This document shows positions 36,696 through 46,736 of a stretch of 64,000 nucleotides of DNA, one piece after another. The DNA is taken from NCBI GenBank assembly GCA_022601195.1, contig JAHZIX010000008.1, positions 167,429 through 231,428 of the forward strand, written 5' to 3'. This stretch comes from Deltaproteobacteria bacterium (lineage in GTDB: Bacteria > Acidobacteriota > Thermoanaerobaculia > Multivoradales > JAHZIX01). Position 1 is the stretch's first letter; each line of letters opens with the position of its first letter. A program made the position numbers and the translations under genes. The notes under the pieces were generated by a model. It saw only the letters and a list, made by a program, of their open reading frames with translations. It had not been told where the DNA came from and searched no databases.

Positions 36696-37790
36696 CTATC
36701 GACTGGAAGAGGAAAAAAGACGGTTCCACCAGCTGGTCTTTTCCAGACCTCTGGATTCGAGTTCTTGTGGCGAGGCAGGCAGCAGAGCCAAGGTCCCCTT
36801 CCGCAACTGTTCGACCAAATAGTCCCAACTCCGAAATGGCTGAGAGCCTCTTGGGATGAGCGAACTGAGTCGGGTAGCGCCATCGAAGCTGCCAGCTATC
36901 TCCCGAAGATCTTCCGGCAGAGAGCTCAAATCGTCGGCTGAGGGATCCTGAATCCAGATGGGACGCATATGTCCTAGGACCCCTAAGGGCAATGAATGAG
37001 AGTCGTCTCGGCCGACGGACTGCTCTTCTACGGCTTGTTCGAGCAGGAGGTCGTAGACATTGATCTCCAGGCTAGTCGTCTCGAGCGCTTCCCCTACCGC
37101 TCCTAGGTCCAGCACCTCCGTCATGCAGAGGTTGTAAGCCCCCTGCAAGACTCGAAAATACGATCCTTTGATACGCCAGTGAATCTTCGCCAAGGTTTTC
37201 TCACCATCAACGACGTCATGAATTCTCTGCTGAACCGGAAGGAGGTTCACCCCAGGCCAAACGGGACCTCGGCACAAGACCACGTTGTCATGGGGGAATA
37301 CTTTCCGAAAGCGGGCGAAATCGTCGATCCATCTCGAACCCTCTAGCACCAGGGCCATGGTTTCGATGGGAGACGGCAGAATCTCTTCTTCCGGCGGAAA
37401 CTCCTCCTCGAAATAGAACACGCCGTGGTTCCAGAGGAAGAGGCCACATACCGAGTCTGAAATCTGCTGGCTGAGGGTCTCCTGGACCTGGTCCTCCGTT
37501 AGCAGCCCCAACTCCGTGAGGGCCAATCCCAATCGTTTTCCGGATCGAGTGCAATAACTTAGAGCATCCACCAACTGAGCTTCGTTGAGGTAGCCGTTGA
37601 GGAGCAAATGTTGGCCGTAGTAGTCTGCTGGGTCATCTGAAAGGCAGGCGACTACTGAGCCATTGCGAAAATAGACTCGCTTCTGCCTACGACTGCGACG
37701 GAACACAAGGGCGCCCGTGCGGCGCTCATTGTGAGCCCATTGCAGGAGTTCGCTCGGGGGAAAGGCAACGAGGCGACCAGAAAATTCCAT
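36696..37790 (-). CDS. DUF4388 (PatA-N-like) domain protein
   Basis: MEFSGRL...ELLQW...RTGAL, VYFRNG, KRLGLAL, LFLW..GVFYF. Confidence 0.8.
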   Translation of the reverse strand: MEFSGRLVAFPPSELLQWAHNERRTGALVFRRSRRQKRVYFRNGSVVACLSDDPADYYGQHLLLNGYLNEAQLVDALSYCTRSGKRLGLALTELGLLTEDQVQETLSQQISDSVCGLFLWNHGVFYFEEEFPPEEEILPSPIETMALVLEGSRWIDDFARFRKVFPHDNVVLCRGPVWPGVNLLPVQQRIHDVVDGEKTLAKIHWRIKGSYFRVLQGAYNLCMTEVLDLGAVGEALETTSLEINVYDLLLEQAVEEQSVGRDDSHSLPLGVLGHMRPIWIQDPSADDLSSLPEDLREIAGSFDGATRLSSLIPRGSQPFRSWDYLVEQLRKGTLALLPASPQELESRGLEKTSWWNRLFSSSSR

Positions 37791-37858
37791 AACGCCTGCA
37801 TCATAGCCGTCGCCGTAAGGCGTGACAACGCCGAAAGAGAAGACTATTCTCCCTGGTC

Positions 37859-40844
37859 ATGGACTTCTTACGCATGACTCGCCCATTCTCCCTACTTCTG
37901 ATAGGTGCCGTTCTTCTTGCCAATGCCATCGAAGCACAAGCGCCACCCTGCAAACCTTGCGGTGGGGTACACGTTACAGATCCCACTGCCGCTGCCCAGG
38001 CCCTGAACGGTGCGCCTCGCCTGGAAGACCAGGTTCCCCTCTATGTAGCCTGGTCCGTAGAGCTGGCTCAAGCAACCTCCGCGGCCTCGAATACGACCGA
38101 GATCGTCAATGCCGGTGCGGTGCCGTGGCTAAGACTCCGATTTCGTACTCCGAGCCCGATCTTGGAACATGCCGACCGATTTGCTGAAGAACTGGCCGCA
38201 GCCACGGAAATCGCCCAGGGAACTGCTCCAAGAACTCACTTCCAAGTCATTTGGCAGCCGGAATCAAAATCTTCCTCCGACGCCGGCACTAATGCCAGCC
38301 CCCTGTCCGCTGAACAGTATGCCTATCTCTTCAAACGTGTATCGGTAGCCTTGACAGGGGTTAACGCCGAGTCCCGGGTGATCACTGCTCCCCTGCCCAG
38401 CGATCTCTCGTTCCTGGAGACGTTCTACGGGGAGGAGACCGCAGCCTACCTGGACGGTCTCGCCTTCGGACCGACCTCACCAGCCCGCTTGGCACCCATT
38501 TTGAGCCGTGCCTCGGAGCTTGATCCGGGCCGCCCGATCGTGCTCGATGGCGCTCCCTGGCCCCAGGATCCCTGGCTCGTGCTCTCCGACGCAGCTCGTT
38601 GGACCGAGGCAGGAGCCTCCCTGGTTCTATTCTCGGTAGATCCATCGACGCCTTTGGATAACGAAGACTTCCTTCCTCTGAAGATCTTGGCTCGAGAATT
38701 CCAAGGAGACCTCCCTAGACCCTCATTCGAAACCCAGTGGTGCCACAGAAGCCTGGAGCTTTGTGCGTGGGGAAGACTTGAGCCTCCGGATCATTGCGAG
38801 GAGCCCTCCAGGGGCGGACAATCTGGACCTCATCTTTCCGGACAATCAGCTCAAGCGGCCTCGGCGCATTGACTCCATCAGCGGTGAGGCGGAAGATCTC
38901 TTCGGCCAAAAGCGAACCGAAGAGGGCCTCGCCTTGAACCTCTCATCTCCGTCCGAGGTCGTGCTACTGACTCTCGACCGTATGAGTGCGGAGGAGATCG
39001 AAGGTCTCCAAGGTCTCGAAGAGCGACTCACCGTGGCCGACGAACGCCAGATCCCGGTGGAAGAAATCCTGCGCCGACTCCAAGGCTTCGATGATGCCCA
39101 GGCGAGGCGCCTGCAACACTACCGAGCTCTCAACACGACTCATATGCGGTTTCAGTTTGGTACCGGAGTCCAAGGGCTGGAAGCGACTTTCGAAGGCGAC
39201 TTTTTCTTTCGTCAGGGACAGGGATTCGACTGGGCCTGGCAGACTTTTTTCGTCAACGGAGTTCGCTGGAGAGGGAAGAAGTTACCGGAGATTCCCCTTG
39301 TCCAGCCCGAAAAAGCGGCTGCTCTGCCTCTGGAGATCCATTTTTCCAAGGAGTACTCCTACCGGCTACGGGGAACTGAGGTTGTCGACGGACGGGATTG
39401 TTGGATAGTGGACTTCAACCCCAACGCGGACCCCCTACCTGGAAAGACTCTGCATCGGGGGTCTGTCTGGGTCGACCGAGAACACTTCGGTCGGGTGCGC
39501 ACCCGCGCCCTTCAAGTGGGCCTGGAAGGAGAAGTTCTCTCCAACGAAGAGACCTTCTACTTTTCTCCGGTGACTCCTACAGGAGAACCTGGCCCCTGGA
39601 CTCCAGATAGTTTCTGGCTGCCCACTCGGGTCGTTGGACAGCAGCTGCTCAGTGTCCTCAATGCAACTACGGTAGTGGAGAAAGAGACTCTACTCACCGC
39701 CATCGACATCAATAGCGACGGCTTCGAGGAGCAACGCCAGGCGGTGCTCGATTCTGAGACCACTATGGTCCGAGACACCGACAAAGGCATGCGCTATCTG
39801 GTCAAAGACAAAGAGTCCGGTGAGCGGGTTGTGCAAGAGGAATTCCGAAAAAACCGTGCCTTCGCCCTCGCTGGAGTATTTTGGGACGAATCCTTGGATT
39901 TCCCGCTTCCCCTAGCCGGTATCGACTACTTTTCCTTCGACTTCAAGGGAACCGGCAAGCAAGTGAACATCTTCTTTGCCGGTGTCTTGTTGATCGGCAA
40001 TATTGCTGACCCAGATGTTTTTGGCAGCAAATGGGACGCGGGGGCCAATCTCTTTGCCTTTGCTATCTCCAGTGGCAACACCGTCTTTCGAGACGGCCGG
40101 GAGAGCTTTGCCGAGGAGATCGACTCACGACCAGCGAGCTTCTCTCTCTTCCTCGGCAGACCTCTGGGAAGCTACGGCAAGCTCGACCTGACCTACTCCT
40201 TGAGGCGAACAGATTTTTCCACGGCCGACGAAACCGACGACACCTTCGCCTTACCGACGGACCACTTTACCCACGTGGCCCAGATGGAGCTCAAGTACAA
40301 CCGGTCCGGCTTCCGTTTCGTTGCCGAGGGCAGCCACCACATGCGCTCCGACTGGGAAGCTTGGGGTTTACCAGGAACACCCGAACGAGACTCCTTCAAC
40401 GAAGATACGAAAGAGTACGATCGATGGGGGGCCGCCATCGCCAAGACCTGGTGGTTGCCGAAATTTCAAAAAGTCGGCGTCGAGTTGGAATACAAGGATG
40501 GCCGTAATCTCGACCGCTTCAGCAAATATGAGTTCGGAATCTTCAGCGATATTCGGGTTCATGGCTATCAGCAAGATCGCGTCCGCGCCGACCGGGCCTG
40601 GGGCGCCCATCTCTCCTATGGCTTCGAGGTCGGCGAGCTACTACGTCTGCAATTGGTTGGAGACGGCATCTTCGCGACCGATGCAGAGGCTGGCTTGGAA
40701 GATGAATTCCTTGGCGGAATCGGCCTCGAAGGGACCTTTCTTGGCCCTTGGCAAACGATCGTAAGGATGGACCTAGGCGCCGCCGTAGCGGGGCCGGATG
40801 ACGGCTTTGCTGCCATGTTGACCTTTCTCAAGCTATTCCGGTAG
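37859..40844 (+). pseudogene. frameshifted gene for a ~995-aa secreted/outer-membrane protein (annotated as two overlapping ORFs); true pseudogene or assembly error
   Basis: ORF 37859 has a signal peptide and reads plausibly to ...REFQGDL (38713); the second frame is open from 38682 and continues SLDPHSKPSGATEAWSFVRGED to a beta-barrel-like C-terminus; no RBS seen for GTG 38763. Confidence 0.7.
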
Positions 40845-40853
40845 AAGACTCCG

Positions 40854-41144
40854 ATGACCGACGAGAGCTCCTACTGGAACGGAGATCCCATCGTTCTGCC
40901 CATCGAGGACGTGCTGGATCTCCATTCCTTTCGACCCAAAGAGGTTTCGAGTGTAGTTCGGGACTACCTCGATGCAGCTTACGAGCAGGGTCTACGGGAA
41001 CTGCGCATCATCCATGGACGAGGCAAGGGAGTCCAGAGACAGACCGTTCGTACCCTTCTGGCGCGAGACCCTAGAGTCAAGGCCTTCGGAGATGCACCCT
41101 TGGGTGCAGGGGGCTGGGGAGCCACTTGGCTCGAAATGGAGTAA
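40854..41144 (+). CDS. Smr/MutS2 C-terminal domain protein
   Basis: LDLH, IIHGRGKG, GGWGAT. Confidence 0.92.
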   Translation: MTDESSYWNGDPIVLPIEDVLDLHSFRPKEVSSVVRDYLDAAYEQGLRELRIIHGRGKGVQRQTVRTLLARDPRVKAFGDAPLGAGGWGATWLEME

Positions 41145-41496
41145 GGAGGAAGCCAGGACTTAGGAGAACCTCGGGCAGCCCCCTTCCAACTTAGGGGAGC
41201 CGCCTACAATCATCCTCAGCAGAGGCTACTCCCTTCCCTTTCAGGTTCGCTCCCTGGCGAATGACGAACCCGCTGAAGCCTATATTCGGTCGCCTACGGC
41301 CCCAGTCATCGGTGTAGCCAGTGATTTCAGGGTCCGGGCAAGGCCGGAAAGGATCCGTGGGACGAACCCATCGTTTGGCAAAGGGAGACTGACCATGGGC
41401 CGGTGGCACACCGATGAGCTGTCCTTGTATGGCCTGGGAAGCCATGGATTCCGCAGGAAAGCTCACCAAGAACCCTCGACCCTGCCTTCTGATCCA

Positions 41497-42471
41497 TCAG
41501 ACTCCTTGAACGACCCTCTCCTGCTCATCGTCCCATCTCCAAGGAACTTCCTTCCCCAGCATATGGAGCCCTCCCCACCATCGATTTATTCCAGAGAGAG
41601 CCAAGCGATCTTCCTTGCCCTCCAGAACCCGGTGCCCCACCTCGGTGAGGACCACCCGCGCGTCTTGGGGCTCGCCGGACTCTGCCGGAATCTGTCTCAG
41701 GATCGGCTCGACTCCACTGGCTAGGTCGTCTAAATAGCTCCAGAATGGTAGATCCGCCATATACGGGCTGGCCTCTAGTTTCTGTTGAGCTGCAAAGAGA
41801 TGCCCTGCTGAGACCTCCCCTCGAGCGGCGATCTCGACGACCTGCTGTTCGGTGCGAGACAGGCCATTGTGCACCGAGGGTAGCTGCTCCAGATGTCGTC
41901 TCAGTGCTTGACTGAGGAATGGCAGAACAGAGGTGTCTTGGGCCAGCAACTTCACCAGCCTCTCCGGGCTAGAGCTGGTGAAAGCTTCCCAGGCCTGGGA
42001 ACCTAGATCCAACTGCATCGATACCACTGGCCGAGCCTCAGGCATCAGCTCCTCGAGTTGTTTCGGAGAAAGCTGGCCTAAACCCACGAAATTCTCGACT
42101 TCGTGATGTCGATCGATACAGATCATCTCCAGGGAGCTCTCGCCTAATTCCTGCTTTCGGAACCAGGAAAACAACTGCAGCAACTGCAATTGATCGTAGA
42201 GATCGTGCTCGAACCAAAGAACCACCCTAACGTGCTCCCTCCAATGCTCCAGCATCTCGTCTCTTTCCTGGAAACTCTCTTGAATGTCGTGCAGGGAACC
42301 CCAGCCACGGTTACTGAGAAATTGAGCTCGGACGCTACTCATCTCCCTCAGGGTCAATCCTGGCGGCACCGGCCCCTCATGAAGGACGTCTCTCCAAGCA
42401 AGAACACGCCCTCCCAGGCCAGTGCGGCGTAGGCTCTCAGCGGCAACATCTCCGTTCGTGATCGACAACAT
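41497..42471 (-). CDS. DUF1835-domain protein
   Basis: ITNGD, WRDVLHEGPVP, LWFEHDLYDQLQL, GLSRTE, RWWGG. Confidence 0.8.
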   Translation of the reverse strand: MLSITNGDVAAESLRRTGLGGRVLAWRDVLHEGPVPPGLTLREMSSVRAQFLSNRGWGSLHDIQESFQERDEMLEHWREHVRVVLWFEHDLYDQLQLLQLFSWFRKQELGESSLEMICIDRHHEVENFVGLGQLSPKQLEELMPEARPVVSMQLDLGSQAWEAFTSSSPERLVKLLAQDTSVLPFLSQALRRHLEQLPSVHNGLSRTEQQVVEIAARGEVSAGHLFAAQQKLEASPYMADLPFWSYLDDLASGVEPILRQIPAESGEPQDARVVLTEVGHRVLEGKEDRLALSGINRWWGGLHMLGKEVPWRWDDEQERVVQGV

Positions 42472-42658
42472 AGGTTGGAAGAAATAGTAGCAGCCCGCCT
42501 ACTCAGTCACCGACTTTGCTTGGCCTACGACTCTGGGACGAGAAAACGGGCCCTCATGAAACCAGCTCTCGGTTTGCCTCCGAGTACCTGTCTGTGTACT
42601 CTTGACCCAACGTTCTGCCTCCAACTTGAAGCCGACGGGCTTGAGCTTCTTCGAACTA

Positions 42659-44092
42659 GTGAATACCCCCATCACACTCCCCCTATGGCTGGTAGTCCTT
42701 CTCTTACTGGCTACTGCTTGGGCACTACTGGATCGCTTACTCCTGCCAAGTGTGCGCTGGCTATTGCGAAGGCGAGTCAACCGAGTCATCGACGGTCTCA
42801 ACAAACGCCTCGACATCAAACTCCAACCCTTCAAGCTCACCCGGCGCAAGACGCTCCTGGATCGACTCATCTTCGATCCCCAGGTCATGGCCGCCGCTGA
42901 TTCCCACGCCGCCGCACAAGAGATGCCTCGAGCTGTGGTCATGGCGACGGTTAGACGGTATGCGGATGAGATCGTGCCCGCCTTCAACGCTTACACCTAC
43001 TTCCGCTTCGGCTACTGGCTGTCGCGGCGGATAGCTCGACTTCTGTATCGAGTGCGCCTCGGATTCGCGGATGAGGAGGGCTTGGCTCAGATCCCCCCGA
43101 ACACCACCGTGGTCTTCCTGATGAACCACCGCAGCAACATGGACTACATTCTGGTGTCCTATATCGTCGCGGGCCGTAGCGCCCTCTCTTACGCAGTCGG
43201 TGAATGGGCAAGGATTTGGCCTCTCGATACGCTAATCCGCTCCATGGGAGCCTATTTCGTCCGTCGACGCTCCCGCAATGCCCTCTATCGAAAGGTTTTA
43301 CAGCGGTACGTACAAATGGCGACGGCTGCCGGGGTCACCCAAGCGGTCTATCCAGAAGGAGGCCTTTCCCGGGACGGTTCTCTACAAGCTCCCAAGCTTG
43401 GGTTGCTCGACTATATGTTGAGAGACTTCGAGCCCCAGGGAGAGCGAGATATCGTTTTTATCCCAGTAGGGATCAACTACGACCGCACCCTGGAAGACCG
43501 AACGCTGCTTCGAGATCTGGACCCCACCCCCGCTCCGCAGGGACATCTTCGATCAGCCGGAATCACGGTGACCTTCCTGGCACGGCTGGGCTGGCTAATG
43601 GCTAGCCGCCGGTTCCACCGCTTCGGTTATGCCTGTGTCAATCTAGGCACTCCCATCTCAGTCAAGAACTACCTGAAGCGCAAGCAGGTGAAACTCAAAG
43701 GTCTGGAAAAGGAAGCGCGCTTCAAAGAGATCGCTCTACTGGGAAGCGAACTGATGACTGCGATTGGAAAAGTCGTCCCTGTACTACCCGTTTCTCTGGT
43801 AGCGAGCACGTTTATCGAGGCCGGCGACCGAGCCTTGAGCGAGCTGGAAGTCAAAGTCCGGGTCCAGACTCTTGCCGAGGAGTTGGAAGAGAGGGGAGCG
43901 AAGATCTACATCCCAAGAGAAGACCGAGACTACGCCATCGTCGTAGGCCTGAGAATGCTGACCCTTCGCCACTTGATTCAAGAAGAGCACGGGCTCTACA
44001 AAGCGAACCCGGAAGACCGCTCAGTACTGAGGTACTACGCTAACTCGATTGCTCACTTTTCTGAAGAATCTCTACCTTCCGAGCTCCCCTAA
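42659..44092 (+). CDS. glycerol-3-phosphate acyltransferase-like (PlsB/PlsC acyltransferase domain)
   Basis: N-terminal TM, HX4D motif NHRSNMD, GAYFVRR, YPEGGLSRDG, PVGINYD; start approximate. Confidence 0.88.
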   Translation: MNTPITLPLWLVVLLLLATAWALLDRLLLPSVRWLLRRRVNRVIDGLNKRLDIKLQPFKLTRRKTLLDRLIFDPQVMAAADSHAAAQEMPRAVVMATVRRYADEIVPAFNAYTYFRFGYWLSRRIARLLYRVRLGFADEEGLAQIPPNTTVVFLMNHRSNMDYILVSYIVAGRSALSYAVGEWARIWPLDTLIRSMGAYFVRRRSRNALYRKVLQRYVQMATAAGVTQAVYPEGGLSRDGSLQAPKLGLLDYMLRDFEPQGERDIVFIPVGINYDRTLEDRTLLRDLDPTPAPQGHLRSAGITVTFLARLGWLMASRRFHRFGYACVNLGTPISVKNYLKRKQVKLKGLEKEARFKEIALLGSELMTAIGKVVPVLPVSLVASTFIEAGDRALSELEVKVRVQTLAEELEERGAKIYIPREDRDYAIVVGLRMLTLRHLIQEEHGLYKANPEDRSVLRYYANSIAHFSEESLPSELP

Positions 44093-44216
44093 GAAAACCA
44101 CCCGTTTCCGAGAGGTAGGAATCCCCGGAAGGTTCTGTGATGGGACTCGTGCCGGTAGCTGACCAACGGGGAGTCAACCAAGGAGTGAGTGAGTGAGTGC
44201 ATGAACACACCCACTT

Positions 44217-46544
44217 CTAGCTGGTCACCGCTCCCAAATCTGATGGAGTCATCGGTTCGACTCGATCTCTTCCACTGTTCTTGGCCAGATAAAGTTGCTC
44301 GTCCGCTTCGGCGATCACTTGCCAAATCGTCGGAGCCTCTTCTCCAGGAGTACTTCTTAACTGGCTGACTCCAATGGAGAGAGTCACCCGCACACTGTCC
44401 TGCCTCACCTTGGACTCCGCAGCTCCTACCAGCTCTCTCAGCTTGTTGCTAACGGCGACTCCAGACTCCAGATCGGTCTCCGGCATCACTAAGAGAAACT
44501 CTTCCCCGCCGTAGCGACCTAGCAGATCAGAGGAACGGACATTTTTCGACAGGAGCTCAGCAACACTCTTTAGAATCTCGTCACCCGTCAAATGACCGAA
44601 CCGATCGTTGATTTCCTTGAAATGATCCAGGTCGATCATCGCAACACTCATGGGGCGACCATAACGCAATGAACGCTGCAACTCTTTTCGAACACACTCG
44701 AGAATGGCCTCTCGGCGCAGAAGCCCCGTCAACTCCTCCAAGGTCGCCGATTCAAAAAGCTGTACATTCTCTAGGCTCGAAGCCACATGGTGCGCCAGTA
44801 GCGTCAACAAATCTACTTCCTCCTCGGGGAACGGCTCGCCATTTTTCCTTGCGCCAAGGAACAACAACCCGGAGAGTTTTTCCCGGCGAAGAAGAGGAAT
44901 CGCGATTTCAGCCTCGAGGGCCTGAATGCGCTGAGACAGAGAGGCACTGAGAGGAGTCAAACTTGAAACGGGTAAGGGCGCCATTTCTCTATGTAGCCTC
45001 TGGACTCCGGCATCTTCGCTGGAAAGAAAAAGTGAGTGTTCTACTTCGTCTTCAAAATCAGGAAGACTAGAGGCATAAGTATAGAAAAGCCCAGTGCCGG
45101 GATCGGCAAGTAGCAGAGTCGATGAGTGGGCCCCGAGAATCTCTGGCAACTCCGTCGTCAACATCTGAGCCATCTCACTGGCATTGCGCTGCCGGGCCAC
45201 CTCAGCTGCTAGACCGGTAAGACGGTGACGTAGGAGGGACCTTTTTGGAAAAAAGCGACGTTCAACAACCTTCTGAACCCAAGTTCTGAGAGGAACAAAA
45301 GATACACCAAGGAGCAAGGCTCCAGCCGACACCAACCACATAGCACTGCTGGGGTCATCTAGGTAGTAGTGAAGAGCCAGCAAGCCTGCCATTCCCAAAA
45401 CGAGGTATCCCAACAGGAGCAGGTTCGCCGTCAAGAGGTTGTAGATGAGTTGCCTTCGAACCACCAGGTCATTTTCAAACAGCTGATACCTGAACATGGC
45501 AATGAAGCAAGCTACCGGAAAGAATGCAGAAGTCAGAGGCAAACCAACAGCTGACCAAAGCGGTTTTGTCAAACCGAAAATCCCCAACCCGAACAGCCAC
45601 CAAACCAAAATCACCCAAGGCAATACACCGACTAGTACCAGCCCTGCTTGATGCCGTGCTTTCGACGGCCCTTGGTGGACTACTTGGGAGACCAGAAGAA
45701 CTAGTTGGGCCAACGCCCAGAGAGGTAAGACAGCTAGTTCCACCCGACCTACCATCTGGTAGAGGTCATCCGGAACGCTGATTAGATCTAGCCCATAGAC
45801 AAGCTCTGTCAAAACGGTCAATGTCGCGACGAGACCGCCCGCTAGGTAGAACCCTGGAATCAAACCACGATACTTCTTCACCCATCGGTGTGGCTCAGGT
45901 ATGAGTGCAATGAGGTGCAACTGCAAACCCAACTGCAACCCCGTCAAGACAGCAAAGAAAATCGCCAATAGGGACTCGGAAACGAAACCTCCGGGATAGG
46001 GCTCTGGAAGAGACATCTCGATCGCCACAGCAGCACACAGGTAGGCAAGAAGCTTGGTGCGCAGGCTTTGCACCGGAGACAGGAGAGCCAACAAACCGAG
46101 AGCGAGGAAGAAGAAGGCAGCAACTGCGCAGGCAAGGTAGGTGGCCCAAGGGAACGGTATGCCCCGCTGGACCGAGATATTGGCGATGCTTTCGTCGCGG
46201 CGAACGGCGAACTCGACCTGGCTGTTGGGAGGCCCCCCGATGAAGGCTTCATCAAAGGAAGTCAGGTCTCGGATCGCTCGCCCGTCTACCTCGAGGATCA
46301 GATCGCCAGCTCGCAGCCCTGCTCGCAATGCGGGAAGTCCAGGGTCTAGGGCCTCAATGAGCACCCCTTGGTCAACCTCACTGACTTGCACTCCAATGAG
46401 AGTCCGGGCAAGGTTATTCTCGACTCGCCAATAGAGGACGAGCAGCACGACGACACAGCCCACCAGGGCAATGCCTTGAATACGGCTCCGTTTTCGGAAG
46501 CGAAGATGTCCCTTCTCCTTCACAACTAAATACAGTTGTAACAC
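44217..46544 (-). CDS. membrane diguanylate cyclase: PDZ + multi-TM + GAF + GGDEF
   Basis: PALRAGLRAGDLILEVDG (PDZ), multiple TM, GAF-like segment, DLDHFKEIND, I-site RSSD, GGEEF; start uncertain. Confidence 0.9.
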   Translation of the reverse strand: MLQLYLVVKEKGHLRFRKRSRIQGIALVGCVVVLLVLYWRVENNLARTLIGVQVSEVDQGVLIEALDPGLPALRAGLRAGDLILEVDGRAIRDLTSFDEAFIGGPPNSQVEFAVRRDESIANISVQRGIPFPWATYLACAVAAFFFLALGLLALLSPVQSLRTKLLAYLCAAVAIEMSLPEPYPGGFVSESLLAIFFAVLTGLQLGLQLHLIALIPEPHRWVKKYRGLIPGFYLAGGLVATLTVLTELVYGLDLISVPDDLYQMVGRVELAVLPLWALAQLVLLVSQVVHQGPSKARHQAGLVLVGVLPWVILVWWLFGLGIFGLTKPLWSAVGLPLTSAFFPVACFIAMFRYQLFENDLVVRRQLIYNLLTANLLLLGYLVLGMAGLLALHYYLDDPSSAMWLVSAGALLLGVSFVPLRTWVQKVVERRFFPKRSLLRHRLTGLAAEVARQRNASEMAQMLTTELPEILGAHSSTLLLADPGTGLFYTYASSLPDFEDEVEHSLFLSSEDAGVQRLHREMAPLPVSSLTPLSASLSQRIQALEAEIAIPLLRREKLSGLLFLGARKNGEPFPEEEVDLLTLLAHHVASSLENVQLFESATLEELTGLLRREAILECVRKELQRSLRYGRPMSVAMIDLDHFKEINDRFGHLTGDEILKSVAELLSKNVRSSDLLGRYGGEEFLLVMPETDLESGVAVSNKLRELVGAAESKVRQDSVRVTLSIGVSQLRSTPGEEAPTIWQVIAEADEQLYLAKNSGRDRVEPMTPSDLGAVTS

Positions 46545-46601
46545 ATCAAGCCTGCTCCAGCAGCAATAAACCCTCTGCTGCTCGAAGATACAGAAATAGA
46601 G

Positions 46602-46633
46602 AATGCCCCATTCATGGCCATGAATGGGGCATT
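46602..46633. repeat. perfect 32-bp palindrome (possible terminator or REP-like element)
   Basis: AATGCCCCATTCATGGCCATGAATGGGGCATT is its own reverse complement. Confidence 0.8.
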
Positions 46634-46736
46634 GTTCTCGCCTCTCCCTCGTTGCGATCTCGGGGAGGCCGCTCTAGCTGGAAACAGCCACTAGGCTGCT
46701 GCCCAACTTCGAAAAGTGGGCAGCGAAATCGGAGAC

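Noticed and set aside
41330-41375. GGGCAA...GAAA...GGGACG resembles a c-di-GMP-I riboswitch
   Set aside because: P2 pairing is poor, the CAAAG and P3 receptor elements are missing, and there is no co-oriented downstream gene
44182-44198. (GAGT)n microsatellite; also a poly-C run near 1437-1446
   Set aside because: Both lie between convergent gene ends, so phase variation of a gene or promoter is unlikely
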